This document shows, in pieces, positions 1 to 10,303 of a DNA stretch of 64,000 bases. Under the pieces are notes generated by a model. It was not told the origin of the DNA, did no database searches, and was given only the letters and a program-made list of their open reading frames with translations. Within the stretch, counting starts at the first letter, position 1. Each line of letters begins with the position of its first letter. The translations under genes and the position numbers were made by a program. The stretch spans positions 1,216,001 to 1,280,000 of the forward strand of contig CBDBOV010000006.1 in assembly GCA_965208575.1 (NCBI GenBank), read 5' to 3'. Origin of the DNA: Spirochaetia bacterium. GTDB lineage: Bacteria > Spirochaetota > Spirochaetia > SZUA-6 > Bin103.

Positions 1-1
1 G

Positions 2-1207
2 GAGCAGCGCGTCCAGTACGGGCAGGTGACCGCCACCGCGGAGGAGGCGGTGTCCGGCATCGAGCTGGTCAAGGCGGCGGTGCGGGAGACCTGGGAGCGC
101 AAGCGGTTTCACGCCGGCGCCGCGCTGTTCCGCGACCTGTTTGTGCGCCAGGGCCGCATTGAGGCGCTGTACGTGCCGATGCTGATGTTCGGCGTGGCGG
201 TGGCGCTGTCGCTCCTGCACGGCATCGTGCTGCTGCGCGCCGGCGGCATCGAGCTCAGCGAGCTGATCGCGCTGGTCGGGCTGATGCACCTGCTGCGCAT
301 CCCCGCCTTCATGTCCGCGTTCTCGTTCGCCATGGTGCAGACCGGCATCGCCGGCGCGCGCCGCATCCTGGCGGTGCTCAACGCGTCCACCGAGCTGGAC
401 CAGAACAGCGGCGGCCGGCGGGCCGCGGTGCGCGGCGCCATCGCCTTTGCCGGCGTGTCGTTCGGGTACCAGGACACCCAGAGTGCGCTGACCGACATCG
501 ACGTCCGCATCGAGGCCGGCGAAACGGTGGCGATCGTGGGACAGACCGGCGCCGGCAAGACCACGCTCACGCAACTGGTCAACCGCACCTACGACCCCGA
601 CGCGGGCAGCATCAGCGTCGACGGCGTCGACCTGCGCGACTGGAACCTGACCAGCCTGCGCTCGCAGATCGCCAACATCGAGCAGGACGTGTTCCTGTTC
701 TCACGCACCGTCGCCGAGAACATCGCCTTCGCCCGCCCCGACGCCAGCCGCCACGACATAGAGAGTGCCGCCCGCGCCGCCGCCGCGCACGGCTTCATCA
801 CCGGCTTTCGGGACGGCTACGACACCGCGATCGGCGAGCGCGGCGTGACCCTGTCCGGCGGCCAGCGGCAACGGCTCGCCCTGGCGCGCGCGTTCCTGAA
901 AGATCCGCGCATCCTCATTCTGGACGACTCCACGAGTGCCATCGACAGCAAGACCGAGGACGAGATCCAGCGCGCCCTGCGCACCGTGCAGCGCGGGCGC
1001 ACCACGCTGATCATCACCCACCGCCTGTCGCAGATCCGCTGGGCGGACCGCATCCTGGTGCTGGCCGGCGGGCGGCTGGCGGCGGCCGGCACGCACGACG
1101 AGTTGCTCGCCACCTCCACCGCGTACCGGCGCATCTTCAGCCACTACGACATCGAGCTGCCGCCGCTGCGCGACCCGGCAGCGGCGGCCATCGGAGCGCC
1201 CCGCTAA
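2..1207 (+). CDS. ABC transporter permease/ATP-binding protein (exporter half-transporter), 5'-truncated by window edge
   Basis: Frame open from base 2; TM segment then Walker A GQTGAGKT, signature LSGGQRQR, Walker B ILILDD, H-loop ITHR. Confidence 0.93.
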   Translation, partial: EQRVQYGQVTATAEEAVSGIELVKAAVRETWERKRFHAGAALFRDLFVRQGRIEALYVPMLMFGVAVALSLLHGIVLLRAGGIELSELIALVGLMHLLRIPAFMSAFSFAMVQTGIAGARRILAVLNASTELDQNSGGRRAAVRGAIAFAGVSFGYQDTQSALTDIDVRIEAGETVAIVGQTGAGKTTLTQLVNRTYDPDAGSISVDGVDLRDWNLTSLRSQIANIEQDVFLFSRTVAENIAFARPDASRHDIESAARAAAAHGFITGFRDGYDTAIGERGVTLSGGQRQRLALARAFLKDPRILILDDSTSAIDSKTEDEIQRALRTVQRGRTTLIITHRLSQIRWADRILVLAGGRLAAAGTHDELLATSTAYRRIFSHYDIELPPLRDPAAAAIGAPR

Positions 1208-3024
1208 TGGCGTTCCTGATGGACGGCATCGGCGCCGAGGAGTACGACCGCACCTACAGCGACCGCGAGTTGGTGGGCCGCATCTTCGGCTACTTCCGTA
1301 CCGAGGGCCGGCGCATGCTGATCGTGTCAGCGGCGGTGGCGGCAGCCTCCGTGTTCGGCGCCGCATTCCCGGCAGTGATGTCGCGGGCCATCGACCAGGT
1401 CGCCGACCCGGGCACGTCGAACGGAGTGATCGCTGCCATCGTGGTGGCCATCGCGCTGCTCAACACCGCCAACTGGGGGCTGAACGCGCTGCGCCGCGTG
1501 CTTGGCTCGCGCGCCATCGGCAACGTGGTGCTGCGCATGCGCCGCGACGCCTTCGACGCGCTGATGCGCCACGACCTGTCGTTCTACGACCAGTATCCCA
1601 CCGGCAAGATCGTCAGCCGCGTCGCCGCCGACACGCAGGCGTTCTCGGAGGTGGTGACGCTGTCGATGGAGGTGGTGAGCCAGACCGTCCTGGTGCTGCT
1701 GATCTTCGTCTACCTGGCCACCGTCGATCCGGTGCTGACGCTGATCACGCTGGCGCTCGTGCCGCTGGTGGTGGGCGTGGCGCTGGCGTTTCGCCGCATC
1801 GCGCGCGACGTGGTGACGCAGTCGCGGCGGGCGGTGGCGGAGGTGAGCGCGCACGTGCACGAGACGGTGAGCGGCATCGGCATCGCCAAGTCGTTCCGCA
1901 AGGAGCAGACGCTGTACGACCAGTTCGGCGACGTGAACCGGCAGTCGTTCCGCCTCAACTGGCGCGCCGGGGTGGTATTCTCCAGCATCTTCCCGGTGCT
2001 GTTCCTGATCTCCGGCTTCGGCAACGCCACGCTCGCCTATGCCGGCGGGTTGCGCGCGGACGGCGGCGGCCTGACCACCGGCGAGTGGTACCTGTTCCTG
2101 CAGGCGGTGGGCCTGATGTGGTTCCCGCTCACCTCGATCGCCTCGTTCTGGAGCCAGTTCCAGCTCGGCCTGGCCGCCGGCGAGCGCGTGTTCGCCCTGC
2201 TCGACACCGAGCCGCAGGTGGTTCAGACCAGGTCCGAGCCGGTGTCCAACCTGGCCGGCGCGGTCGAGCTGCGCAACGTCAGCTTCCACTACAAGGAAGG
2301 CGAGACGGTGTTCAAGGAGTTCTCCTTCGCCGTGGCGCCGGGCGAGACGGTGGCCCTGGTGGGCCATACCGGCTGCGGCAAGTCGAGCATCACCAAGCTG
2401 GTGGCGCGCTTCTACGAGTTCCAGAAGGGCGAGATCCTGGTGGATGGCCGCGACATCCGCTCGCTCGACCTGGCCAGCTTCCGCTCCCACCTCGGCTTCG
2501 TGACCCAGGTGCCGTTCCTGTTCAACGGCAGCGTGCTCGACAACGTCCGCTACGGCAGGAGCGACGCGAGCGATGAGGAGGTGACCGCCGCCGCGCGCCG
2601 GGTAGGCGACGGGGACTGGATCGCCACGCTGCCCGACGGGCTGGCCACCACGGTGGAAGAGCGCGGGCGCAACCTGTCCCTCGGCCAGCGCCAACTCGTT
2701 GCCCTGGCCCGCGTGCTGCTGAAGGGGCCGGAGATCGTCATCCTGGACGAGGCCACCGCCAGCGTGGACCCGCTCACCGAGGCGCTGATCCAGGAGGGCC
2801 TGGACGAACTGCTGCGCGACCGCACCGCCATCGTGATCGCGCACCGCCTGTCCACCATCAAGCAGGCCGACCGCATCGTCGTGCTGCGCACCGGGCAGAT
2901 CATCGAGGAAGGTTCGCACCAGCAACTGCTCGATGCCGGCGGCCACTACGCCGAGTTGTACAACACCTACTTCCGCCACCAGAGCCTGGAATACCTGCAA
3001 GCCGCCGGCGCCGCGAGCAATTAG
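1207..3024 (+). CDS. ABC transporter permease/ATP-binding protein, heterodimer partner of upstream gene
   Basis: Hydrophobic TM domain, Walker A GHTGCGKS, LSLGQRQ, ILDEAT, IAHR; TAATG stop/start overlap with upstream gene. Confidence 0.95.
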   Translation: MAFLMDGIGAEEYDRTYSDRELVGRIFGYFRTEGRRMLIVSAAVAAASVFGAAFPAVMSRAIDQVADPGTSNGVIAAIVVAIALLNTANWGLNALRRVLGSRAIGNVVLRMRRDAFDALMRHDLSFYDQYPTGKIVSRVAADTQAFSEVVTLSMEVVSQTVLVLLIFVYLATVDPVLTLITLALVPLVVGVALAFRRIARDVVTQSRRAVAEVSAHVHETVSGIGIAKSFRKEQTLYDQFGDVNRQSFRLNWRAGVVFSSIFPVLFLISGFGNATLAYAGGLRADGGGLTTGEWYLFLQAVGLMWFPLTSIASFWSQFQLGLAAGERVFALLDTEPQVVQTRSEPVSNLAGAVELRNVSFHYKEGETVFKEFSFAVAPGETVALVGHTGCGKSSITKLVARFYEFQKGEILVDGRDIRSLDLASFRSHLGFVTQVPFLFNGSVLDNVRYGRSDASDEEVTAAARRVGDGDWIATLPDGLATTVEERGRNLSLGQRQLVALARVLLKGPEIVILDEATASVDPLTEALIQEGLDELLRDRTAIVIAHRLSTIKQADRIVVLRTGQIIEEGSHQQLLDAGGHYAELYNTYFRHQSLEYLQAAGAASN

Positions 3025-4427
3025 CCGGCGGGCGTGGCACGCAGCGCGTACAGGTCGGCGAGGGAGTACCAGCCGTCTGACTTGCTTCTCGCAGCGGGCT
3101 TGCGGCGGGTGAAGTAGCGGCGGCCGAGCGTGGCGCCGCGGCTGTTGGGATACTGCTGCAGTTTGCGCTCCAGCTCGGCTTCCAGGGCACGCGGCGAGCG
3201 CACCGGACCCCACTTGCACTCGCCGAGGTCGGTCCAGTTGTCGTCGCGCATGCCGACCACGTCGATCTGCGTCGCCGTGCTCCAGTATTCGCCGACTTCG
3301 AATGCGGCTGCCACCCGCTCCTGGGCATAAATGAGCGGCAGCGCCTCCCGGCACAACCGTTCGAAGCAGCCACCGAACCAGGCGTCGAGTGACGGCGCAA
3401 TGCGATCGCCGAAAGCGCGGTCCGGGCCGGCGCTGCGGATCACGCTCACGTTCGGGAACACGAAACGGAACCAGAACCGCAACAGCGGATCATCGATTTC
3501 GAAACGTACCCGACGCCGATTGGGGCGGTGGCCTTCCAGCGGATAGCGGCGGCGCAGGTAGCCGAGACTGGTCAACTGCTGCAGGTAGTAGTGCAGGTTG
3601 CGCTCCGGCAGCCCGGTGGCGGTTGCAATTGCCGGTGCTGTGCCGTGGCCGGAGGCTACCGCATGCAGCAGCGCCTGGTACGGGGCGACTTCACGCAGCT
3701 CCTCACGGAGCAGAAACACCGGCTCGTGAAACAGCGGGGCGAACTCGGAGAGCACTTGCTCCCTGACGTTGGCGCCTATGGAGCGGCTGTCGTCGAGGTA
3801 CAGCAGGTACTGAGGCAGCCCGCCGACCAGGAAGTAGGCTCGCGCCTGGTCCTGGAGCGACCAGCGCGGGTGGAACCGGGCCGCTTCACGGTAGCCGAAC
3901 GGCTGCAGATGGATCTGGGCAGTACGCCGGCCGAACAGCGGGCTCTTGCTGCCCAGCACCTCGCGCTCCATGAAGCCAAGGTAGGACCCGCACAACAGGA
4001 GCATGACGTTGCCGGCATCGCGCCACCAGCGGTCCCAGCAGTGCTGCAGCTCCGCGAGCAGGCCCGGGCTGGCGGCCACGATCCACTGGAATTCGTCGAG
4101 AGCCAGCACCAGTTTCCGGCCGGGGTTGTTGCGCGTCCATTGCTCCGTGACCGTGCGCAGCGCCTCCTGCCAGCCGGTGGCGCGCAATTGCGCCAGCAGC
4201 GGCACGCCGAGTGCGCCGGCGGCCTCGGCCAGGAACTCCCGCACCTGCAGCGCAGGCGAAGACTGCTGGCCGACGAAGTAGACGCCGGGCTGGTCCGCCA
4301 TGAACTGCAGTATCAGTTCGCTCTTGCCTACCCGGCGCCGCCCATAGATCGGGACAAGCTCGGATCTCGGCGAACGGAGCGCTTGCCGCAGCAGGGCCAA
4401 TTCCTCTTCGCGACCAATGAACTGCAC
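3021..4427 (-). CDS. AAA ATPase (archaeal-ATPase type) with wHTH and C-terminal DUF234-like PD-(D/E)xK domain
   Basis: FIGREEEL start, Walker A YGRRRVGKS, Walker B LALDEFQ, C-terminal QIDVVG...GECKW. Confidence 0.88.
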   Translation of the reverse strand: MQFIGREEELALLRQALRSPRSELVPIYGRRRVGKSELILQFMADQPGVYFVGQQSSPALQVREFLAEAAGALGVPLLAQLRATGWQEALRTVTEQWTRNNPGRKLVLALDEFQWIVAASPGLLAELQHCWDRWWRDAGNVMLLLCGSYLGFMEREVLGSKSPLFGRRTAQIHLQPFGYREAARFHPRWSLQDQARAYFLVGGLPQYLLYLDDSRSIGANVREQVLSEFAPLFHEPVFLLREELREVAPYQALLHAVASGHGTAPAIATATGLPERNLHYYLQQLTSLGYLRRRYPLEGHRPNRRRVRFEIDDPLLRFWFRFVFPNVSVIRSAGPDRAFGDRIAPSLDAWFGGCFERLCREALPLIYAQERVAAAFEVGEYWSTATQIDVVGMRDDNWTDLGECKWGPVRSPRALEAELERKLQQYPNSRGATLGRRYFTRRKPAARSKSDGWYSLADLYALRATPAG

Positions 4428-4457
4428 AACAGCGGCAGGATGCCGGATGCATCAGCA

Positions 4458-4511
4458 TTCGTCAAGCCGTGTTTGGACAAGTCACGACTATACAAGTCAT
4501 GACTTGACGAA
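4458..4511 (-). promoter_or_regulatory. Putative operator upstream of AAA-nuclease gene
   Basis: Direct repeat ACAAGTCA(C/T)GACT at 4477 and 4492, palindrome CAAGTCATGACTTG, outer inverted repeat TTCGTCAAG/CTTGACGAA. Confidence 0.55.
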
Positions 4512-4513
4512 TT

Positions 4514-4990
4514 TCACGCGAATCCGGCAAGCAGTCGCGGGTCGTACGCGAAGCTCTCGATGGCTGCAATCGTGATGCGCACGGCGTCACGGTGGCGATG
4601 GTTGATGACGATGTTGCGGTCGTCGGCGTCGGGGATCGGCACTATCGCGGAGGGTACGCGCAGCAGACAGGAGGAAGCGCGGTCCAACCAGGCGCCGCCG
4701 ACCCGGCGGGTCAAGCGCTGATCGGCGCGCCAATCCTCCGGGAGATCGGCAAGCCGCGACTCCTCCACCCGCAGATCGTCGGGCACGTCGTAGCGGATCA
4801 GCATGGTGTCGTCGGGAAGCAGGGCGGCGTCCTCGACGTGCACGAGCTTCTCCAGCACACAGAGGGCCGGACCGGTGGCACAGTAGGTCACCAGTTGCCC
4901 GCGCTCATTCCATCGGCCCGCGTGTTGCAGCCCGTAGCCGCCATCGAATCGATCGGCAAAAGCCGCCCCCGAGAGCCGCCACAGCTTCAT
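4514..4990 (-). CDS. RES-domain toxin (MbcT/ParT-like NAD+ phosphorylase family)
   Basis: GRWN...YCA...LEKLVH and LRVPSAIVP...NIVINH motifs; coupled to upstream antitoxin. Confidence 0.9.
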   Translation of the reverse strand: MKLWRLSGAAFADRFDGGYGLQHAGRWNERGQLVTYCATGPALCVLEKLVHVEDAALLPDDTMLIRYDVPDDLRVEESRLADLPEDWRADQRLTRRVGGAWLDRASSCLLRVPSAIVPIPDADDRNIVINHRHRDAVRITIAAIESFAYDPRLLAGFA

Positions 4991-5433
4991 CAGGCCGCCG
5001 CGCCCCAGGAGATCCGCGCCAGCAGACTCTCGACCACGCGAGCGCCGGCATCGGTGCGGATCAACTCCATCGGCGTGCGACCACCGAGCGCACCGAGACT
5101 GCGGTGCAGCCAGCGGTGTGCCTTGTCCCGGCTGGCGAAGGTCCGCTCCGCGAGCACCAGGCCGCGCGCTACCCGTGCGGCACGATCGGACTCGTCGACC
5201 GTCAGCCGTCCTCCGTTCGCCCGCCGGTGCGACAGGGTACGCGGCTTGATGATCAGAGAGCCTACTTCCGCCTCCGTCACGCCGCGCTGCCTGAGTTCGT
5301 CGATCGCCTTGATCGGGAAACCGCCGGCAACCGCGCCTGCCATGTCGGCATCCGAATGCACTTCGAGGCCGACGCCGGCGACGCCGCCCAGGAGGTCCGC
5401 CGCGTCCTCCGCGAGGCTTCTATACTCATCCAC
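4990..5433 (-). CDS. Xre/MbcA/ParS-type antitoxin
   Basis: RTLSHRR...LTVDESDR...WL...ALGGRTPMELI...GA motifs; GTG at 5433 preceded by GGAGG. Confidence 0.88.
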   Translation of the reverse strand: MDEYRSLAEDAADLLGGVAGVGLEVHSDADMAGAVAGGFPIKAIDELRQRGVTEAEVGSLIIKPRTLSHRRANGGRLTVDESDRAARVARGLVLAERTFASRDKAHRWLHRSLGALGGRTPMELIRTDAGARVVESLLARISWGAAA

Positions 5434-5455
5434 CGGGTCATCCTCCCCCCCGTTC

Positions 5456-5499
5456 GGCAACTTGCCTATACTGTGACGGCATATTGCCGTTTCGTCAAG
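5456..5499 (-). promoter_or_regulatory. xre-res promoter with two operator palindromes
   Basis: GGCAACTTGCC (5456-5466) and ACGGCATATTGCCGT (5476-5490) next to TTGACG on the minus strand. Confidence 0.6.
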
Positions 5500-5536
5500 A
5501 CAATCCCACCGTGGTCTGGTTCCCGGCAACCGCGCT

Positions 5537-8080
5537 TCATGCTTTCATGCGGGTGTCGGCGGGGTCGAAGGTGGCCAGGCCGGGGGCGACGGTGACCGGG
5601 AAGGGCTCGTTCATGTACAGCACCTGCAGGCGGGTGCCGGGGGCGGCGTGCTCCGGCGGCAGGTAGGCGAGCAGCAGGTACTTGCCGACCGACGGCCCCA
5701 TGCCGGCGGAGGTGACGCGCGACTCGCGGCCGTGGGCATCGACGATGCGCGCGCCGTCCGCGGTCAGGAGCGGCTCGTTGCCGCCGGTCGGGAAGCGGTC
5801 GATGCCGGCGGCACCGGCGTGGCGGTCCATGGTCAGCGCGCACATCGTCGCGGCGGGTTCGGCCGCGCGCGCGGCCAGGTAGGCCTGCTTGCCGATAAAG
5901 TCGTCGCGCTTCACGCGCGGGCGGGCCAGGCCCGCCTCCACCGGCGAGTACTCGGCGGTGAGGTCGGAGCCCATCAGCAGGTAGCCCTTCTCCATGCGCC
6001 CGGTGGTGCCGTACACGCCGATGCCGACCGGGCGGGCGTCGAGCGGGCGGCCCGCCTGCCACAGCGCGTCCCACAGGCGCACGCCGTGCTGCATGCGGGT
6101 GGTAATCTCCCAGCCGCTCTCGCCGACGTAGGAGATGCGCAGCATGGTCACCGGCACCCCGTCGATCAGCGCCTCGCGCACCGTGCCGTAGGGAAACTCC
6201 GCCTGCGACAGGCCGGTGTCGGTGATGCCGGCAAGCAGCGCCGCCGCCTCCGGCCCCCACACGCCGATGGTGCACAGCGCCGACGAGGTGTTCTCGAACT
6301 GCACCGAGCCGTCGGCCGGCAGGTGGCGGCGGAACCACACCTCGTCGCGCGCCCCGTCGAAGGCGCCGGTCACCACGCGGAACCGGTTGGCGGCCAGCCG
6401 CCCGATGGTGAGGTCGGCGCGGATGCCGCCGTCCGGCGTGAGCAGCGGCGTGTAGATCGAGCTGCCCACCGGGCGGTCGCACTTGTTGACGGTGAGCCGT
6501 TCCAGGTAGGGCACCACGCCGGGGCCGGAGAGGTCGAAGATCTGGAACGCGCTCAGGTCGACGATGCCCACCTTGTCGCGCAGGTGCAGGTGCTCGGCGG
6601 TGCTGATCGGCGACCACCAGCGCCGGTCCCACTCGTGCGGGCGGTCGGGCACGCCGTAGCGCCGCACCAGGTCGGCGTTGGACTCGTACCACTGCGGACG
6701 CTCCCAGCCGCGCGCGTCATAGTACTCGGCGCCCAGGGCGGTGGTGCGGTCGTGGAACGGCGCGCGGTTCATGCCGCGCTCGGAGGCCCACTGCTCGCGC
6801 GGGTGCACGATGCCGTAGGTCTTGTTGAAGTGCTCGTCGGCGCGGGCGCGGATGTGCTGCCCGGTGCGCTCGTGGGCGTAGAAGCGGGTGATGTCGGAGG
6901 CGTGCGGATCGCACAGCCTCGGATAGCCGTAGGTCATCCACTCCGCTATCAGGCGCGCGGTTCCCGGCCCCTCCTTGATCCACACCGCCGCCGCCGACCA
7001 CAGCTTCTCCACCTCGGCGGTCTCGCCGAGCACCTGGTGGGTGTCGGGCGTCAGCGACAGCAGCCCGTTCACGGAGTACTGCATCTCGGTGCCGGCAAGC
7101 AGCCCGCCCATGATCTCGCGCGCATGGCCGAGCTGGGGCGCGAAGTCGTCGCCGGTGAACGGCATCTCGGTGGGAGAGCGCTCCGCGTCGGCGAGCGATG
7201 GAATGTCGTCCGGGCGGACCAGGATCGGGCGGTGCGCGTAGGAGCCCACCTCCATCGCCTCGTGGCTCTGGCGCTCGTACATGAACACGTCCATGTCGCG
7301 CACGATCGGGTAGCCGATCTCGTTGCCGGTGCGGGCGAGCAGGTCGACCGGCCCCATGTCGGCCATCTGGTGCACGGCCGGGGTGAGCGGAATGCTGGCC
7401 CCGGCCATGGCGGCGATGCGCGGGCTCCACACGCCGCAGGCGATCACCACCTGCTCGGCGGCGATGGTGCCGCGCTCGGTGACCACGGCCCGGATGCGCG
7501 GGCGGCCGTACGGCCGCGGCTCCACCTGCAGCGCGGTGACCTCGGTGTTGTCCAGCACGGTCAGCACGCCCTTGGCCAGCGCGCGCTCGCGCATGAGGGT
7601 GCCGGCCCGCACCGAGTCCACCACCGACACCTGCGGCATCCAGAAGCCGCCCTTGATCACGGCGCCGTCCACGAACGGAATGCGCGCCACCACCTCGTCC
7701 GGGGTGAGCAGTTCCGCCTCGATGCCCCAGGAGCGCGCCGAGGTCATGCGCCGGCGCAGTTCCTCCATGCGCTCCTCGGTGCGCGCCACTTCGGCGCCGC
7801 CGCACGTGGTCCGCACCCCGAGCTCCTCGTACTGCCGCATGCTCTCCAGGGTGAGCATCGCGATCTCCCGGTTGTGGTCGGTGGGAAAGATGAAATTCGA
7901 CGCGTGCCCGGTGGAGCCGCCGGGGTTGGGCAGCGGCCCCTTGTCGATCAGCACCAGCTCGTCCCAGCCCAGCCCGGCGAGATGCCCCACCAGGCAGTTG
8001 CCGACGATCCCGGCCCCGATCACCACGACCCTCGCCCGCCCCGGCACCGCCGGCGAACCCGATTCAGTTGCCCTGTCCAT
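5537..8080 (-). CDS. Dimethylglycine oxidase/dehydrogenase-like FAD oxidoreductase with C-terminal GcvT (folate-binding) domain
   Basis: VVIGAGIVG Rossmann motif, GGSTGHA, GWERPQWY, RISYVGESGWEI, RMEKGY; start chosen at ATG 8080 (ORF track gives 8116). Confidence 0.9.
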   Translation of the reverse strand: MDRATESGSPAVPGRARVVVIGAGIVGNCLVGHLAGLGWDELVLIDKGPLPNPGGSTGHASNFIFPTDHNREIAMLTLESMRQYEELGVRTTCGGAEVARTEERMEELRRRMTSARSWGIEAELLTPDEVVARIPFVDGAVIKGGFWMPQVSVVDSVRAGTLMRERALAKGVLTVLDNTEVTALQVEPRPYGRPRIRAVVTERGTIAAEQVVIACGVWSPRIAAMAGASIPLTPAVHQMADMGPVDLLARTGNEIGYPIVRDMDVFMYERQSHEAMEVGSYAHRPILVRPDDIPSLADAERSPTEMPFTGDDFAPQLGHAREIMGGLLAGTEMQYSVNGLLSLTPDTHQVLGETAEVEKLWSAAAVWIKEGPGTARLIAEWMTYGYPRLCDPHASDITRFYAHERTGQHIRARADEHFNKTYGIVHPREQWASERGMNRAPFHDRTTALGAEYYDARGWERPQWYESNADLVRRYGVPDRPHEWDRRWWSPISTAEHLHLRDKVGIVDLSAFQIFDLSGPGVVPYLERLTVNKCDRPVGSSIYTPLLTPDGGIRADLTIGRLAANRFRVVTGAFDGARDEVWFRRHLPADGSVQFENTSSALCTIGVWGPEAAALLAGITDTGLSQAEFPYGTVREALIDGVPVTMLRISYVGESGWEITTRMQHGVRLWDALWQAGRPLDARPVGIGVYGTTGRMEKGYLLMGSDLTAEYSPVEAGLARPRVKRDDFIGKQAYLAARAAEPAATMCALTMDRHAGAAGIDRFPTGGNEPLLTADGARIVDAHGRESRVTSAGMGPSVGKYLLLAYLPPEHAAPGTRLQVLYMNEPFPVTVAPGLATFDPADTRMKA

Positions 8081-8158
8081 ACCCGCCAATGGTGGGAGCT
8101 TGTCGAGACGGGTCAAGGTGTCCGCGCGGCTGTCGTGTGTGCGGACGCTTCGCCCTAT

Positions 8159-9005
8159 GCAGCAGGAACGCGTTGCTGGGCCCGGCAGGCGGTGCTATCT
8201 TGTCGGAGGCGGAGCGCACGCGATGGCGGATCACAACGGACACAGCGGACCGGCTGACTCAGAGGAAGTGTGGGCCATTCTGCGCGAACTCGCACGGAGC
8301 CAGCAGGAAACCGATCGCCGCATGCAGGAAACCGACCGCCGCATGCAGGAAACCGACCGCCAGATGAAGGAAACCGACCGCCATCTCCGCAAGCTCGACG
8401 ATTTGTTCAACGGGCAGTGGGGCAAGCTGATGGAAGCCCTCGTGGAAGGCGATCTCGTCGAGTTGCTCAACGAGCGCGGCATCAGGGTCGAGCACACCGC
8501 AACCAATCTCAAGAGGGAACGCGGTGCGCGCCGATGGGAAATCGACATTCTGGCCGTCAACGGTGACGAGGTCGTGGTGGTGGAAGTGAAGACCACCCTC
8601 AAGGTGCGCCACGTCGATCACTTGGTGGGTCTGTTGCGCGATCTTCCGGAGTTGATGCCCGAGTATCGAACCAAGCAGATCTACGGAGCGGTCGCCTATC
8701 TCAAGGCCGACGAGTCCTCGGGATCCTACGCCGAACGACAGGGGCTGTACGTGATTCGCGCCACTGGCAGCAGCGCCAGCATCATCAACCGGCACGGCTT
8801 CCGGCCACGCAAGTTCGGCCGTCACGCCGCCACCGCAGGCCGGCACGAGTAACACTCCCGTCGCACTCCCGTCGTAGCGTGGCCGCTGGACCCGCCGGGC
8901 CGAACCCAACTCGGGCAGGCGGCAGTCGACGCGGCGGCAAACAACTCTGCGACGGCCCGCGCTTCCAGCGATGAGGTCAGAGGCGTCCGGTGCGGCGCAG
9001 CAGGG
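8159..9005 (+). repeat. Direct repeat copy 1 (promoter + heptad-repeat nuclease gene + degenerate copy of 3' end of the 13022-14146 gene)
   Basis: Aligns by eye nearly base for base with 12143-13050 apart from 3 fewer 21-bp units. Confidence 0.92.
8223..8852 (+). CDS. Coiled-coil heptad-repeat PD-(D/E)xK nuclease-like protein (DUF3782-like), copy 1, 4 heptads
   Basis: GGAGG RBS; QETDR(R/Q)M repeats; WGKLMEALV, WEIDILAVNG...VVEVKT nuclease-like motif. Confidence 0.85.
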   Translation: MADHNGHSGPADSEEVWAILRELARSQQETDRRMQETDRRMQETDRQMKETDRHLRKLDDLFNGQWGKLMEALVEGDLVELLNERGIRVEHTATNLKRERGARRWEIDILAVNGDEVVVVEVKTTLKVRHVDHLVGLLRDLPELMPEYRTKQIYGAVAYLKADESSGSYAERQGLYVIRATGSSASIINRHGFRPRKFGRHAATAGRHE

Positions 9006-9042
9006 TCAACGGTTGCGGGGCCATGCTGCTCACACCGCGCAT

Positions 9043-10284
9043 TCATTGCCTCCGAAACAGAGCGTGGTAATCGCCGAACCGAACTCTATCGACCCACTGC
9101 ATCGCTGATTCGTCATACCTCTGCTCACGCCAGAAAGGCGACATCCTTATCGTATTGGCATCGTCGGTGGGTACATACGCCGACCGAAGCGTCTCTCCGG
9201 AGTGAACGTCGGTAGCGGCGGAAACCGATTCCCCGTTTCTGACTCGTTGTACGCTTGTGATCGTGTGCAGGACAGTAAGATTCTCCAGATCATGGATGAA
9301 CGTGCCGGTCAGAGTGAAGAGTTGCACGTCTTCACCCTGTGTCCGACGGTTCCTGTATGTCAGGGTTCCGTCCTCCGCGAACGTGTACGAGAACAGCCAA
9401 GTAATACCTTCATCTTCGTTAATGGAGGTCCAAGACCAAGTGCCGGTGAACTTCGCCGGGGCTGCCATTTCGGTACGCTCGAAGACTTCGAATTCAAGCC
9501 CTGGCTCGTCGCTCCACCAAGAATGGATGGCAAGAAGGTCACCACCGAGAAAGTAGTCCTTGTCGACGATGACTTCGGTGCCGTCTTCGTCGCGAGTTCG
9601 CGTCAGTATGGTCCCATCCAGGCTGATACCGAAGCTATCGGTCCAGTCATCCACAAGCTCGCCGGCGCGATTCGTCCGGGTATTGTATTCGACGGCGCGA
9701 GACGCCGTAAGAGTGACCGTCTGCAATTCGTGAATGTCGCCCAGTTCATGGTGGTCGTAGTAACTCGATCGCTGCCAAGTGCCCCGTAACGGCGGCGGGG
9801 CCGCGCCCGGAGCTGGCGCCTCGCCGACGCGTGTGAATTGTTCGAAGCCCACTTCCGGATCGTTGCTTCCCCAGAAGTGAATGAACAGTAAGTTACCGAC
9901 AAGCAGGTACTCCTTGTCGACCGAGATATCTTCGCCGTCATCGTGGTACTCCAGCCGGACCGTGGATCCGGTAACGGTCGCCGTGCCCGCACGATCGCGA
10001 TCGTAAAAGGGATTCCCCTCCGAGTCAGCGCCTACGAGGCGGTCAAAGAAGTGGGTGCCGGTTAAGGTAATCGTCCTGGTTTCGGTAACCTCGACGTTGC
10101 CGTCATCGTCTCGTTCGTGGATGACACTTCGCCATGTACCCAGCAACGTCGGCTCAGATTCCATCGGAGCCGGTTCGTCGGCACGCTCAGCGGGTGTCCG
10201 CACGGCAGTACTACAACCAGCCAGGAGTGTAAGGACAGCGATCAGGAGTGTAGCGACAATCAGCATCGTCGCATTCGCCCGCAT
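9043..10284 (-). CDS. Lipoprotein with three tandem lipocalin-like beta domains
   Basis: Hydrophobic signal ending LLAGC; internal repeats starting LLGTW, LRGTW, FTGTW; start uncertain (10284 or 10329). Confidence 0.75.
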   Translation of the reverse strand: MRANATMLIVATLLIAVLTLLAGCSTAVRTPAERADEPAPMESEPTLLGTWRSVIHERDDDGNVEVTETRTITLTGTHFFDRLVGADSEGNPFYDRDRAGTATVTGSTVRLEYHDDGEDISVDKEYLLVGNLLFIHFWGSNDPEVGFEQFTRVGEAPAPGAAPPPLRGTWQRSSYYDHHELGDIHELQTVTLTASRAVEYNTRTNRAGELVDDWTDSFGISLDGTILTRTRDEDGTEVIVDKDYFLGGDLLAIHSWWSDEPGLEFEVFERTEMAAPAKFTGTWSWTSINEDEGITWLFSYTFAEDGTLTYRNRRTQGEDVQLFTLTGTFIHDLENLTVLHTITSVQRVRNGESVSAATDVHSGETLRSAYVPTDDANTIRMSPFWREQRYDESAMQWVDRVRFGDYHALFRRQ

Positions 10285-10303
10285 GACGCGGTGCTGCAAC
10301 TCC

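Noticed and set aside
5648-8257. Long antisense ORFs (this one, 1327-3354, 18188-20740, 21885-23648, 57786-59660 and others)
   Set aside because: Shadow frames of high-GC genes; no recognisable motifs.
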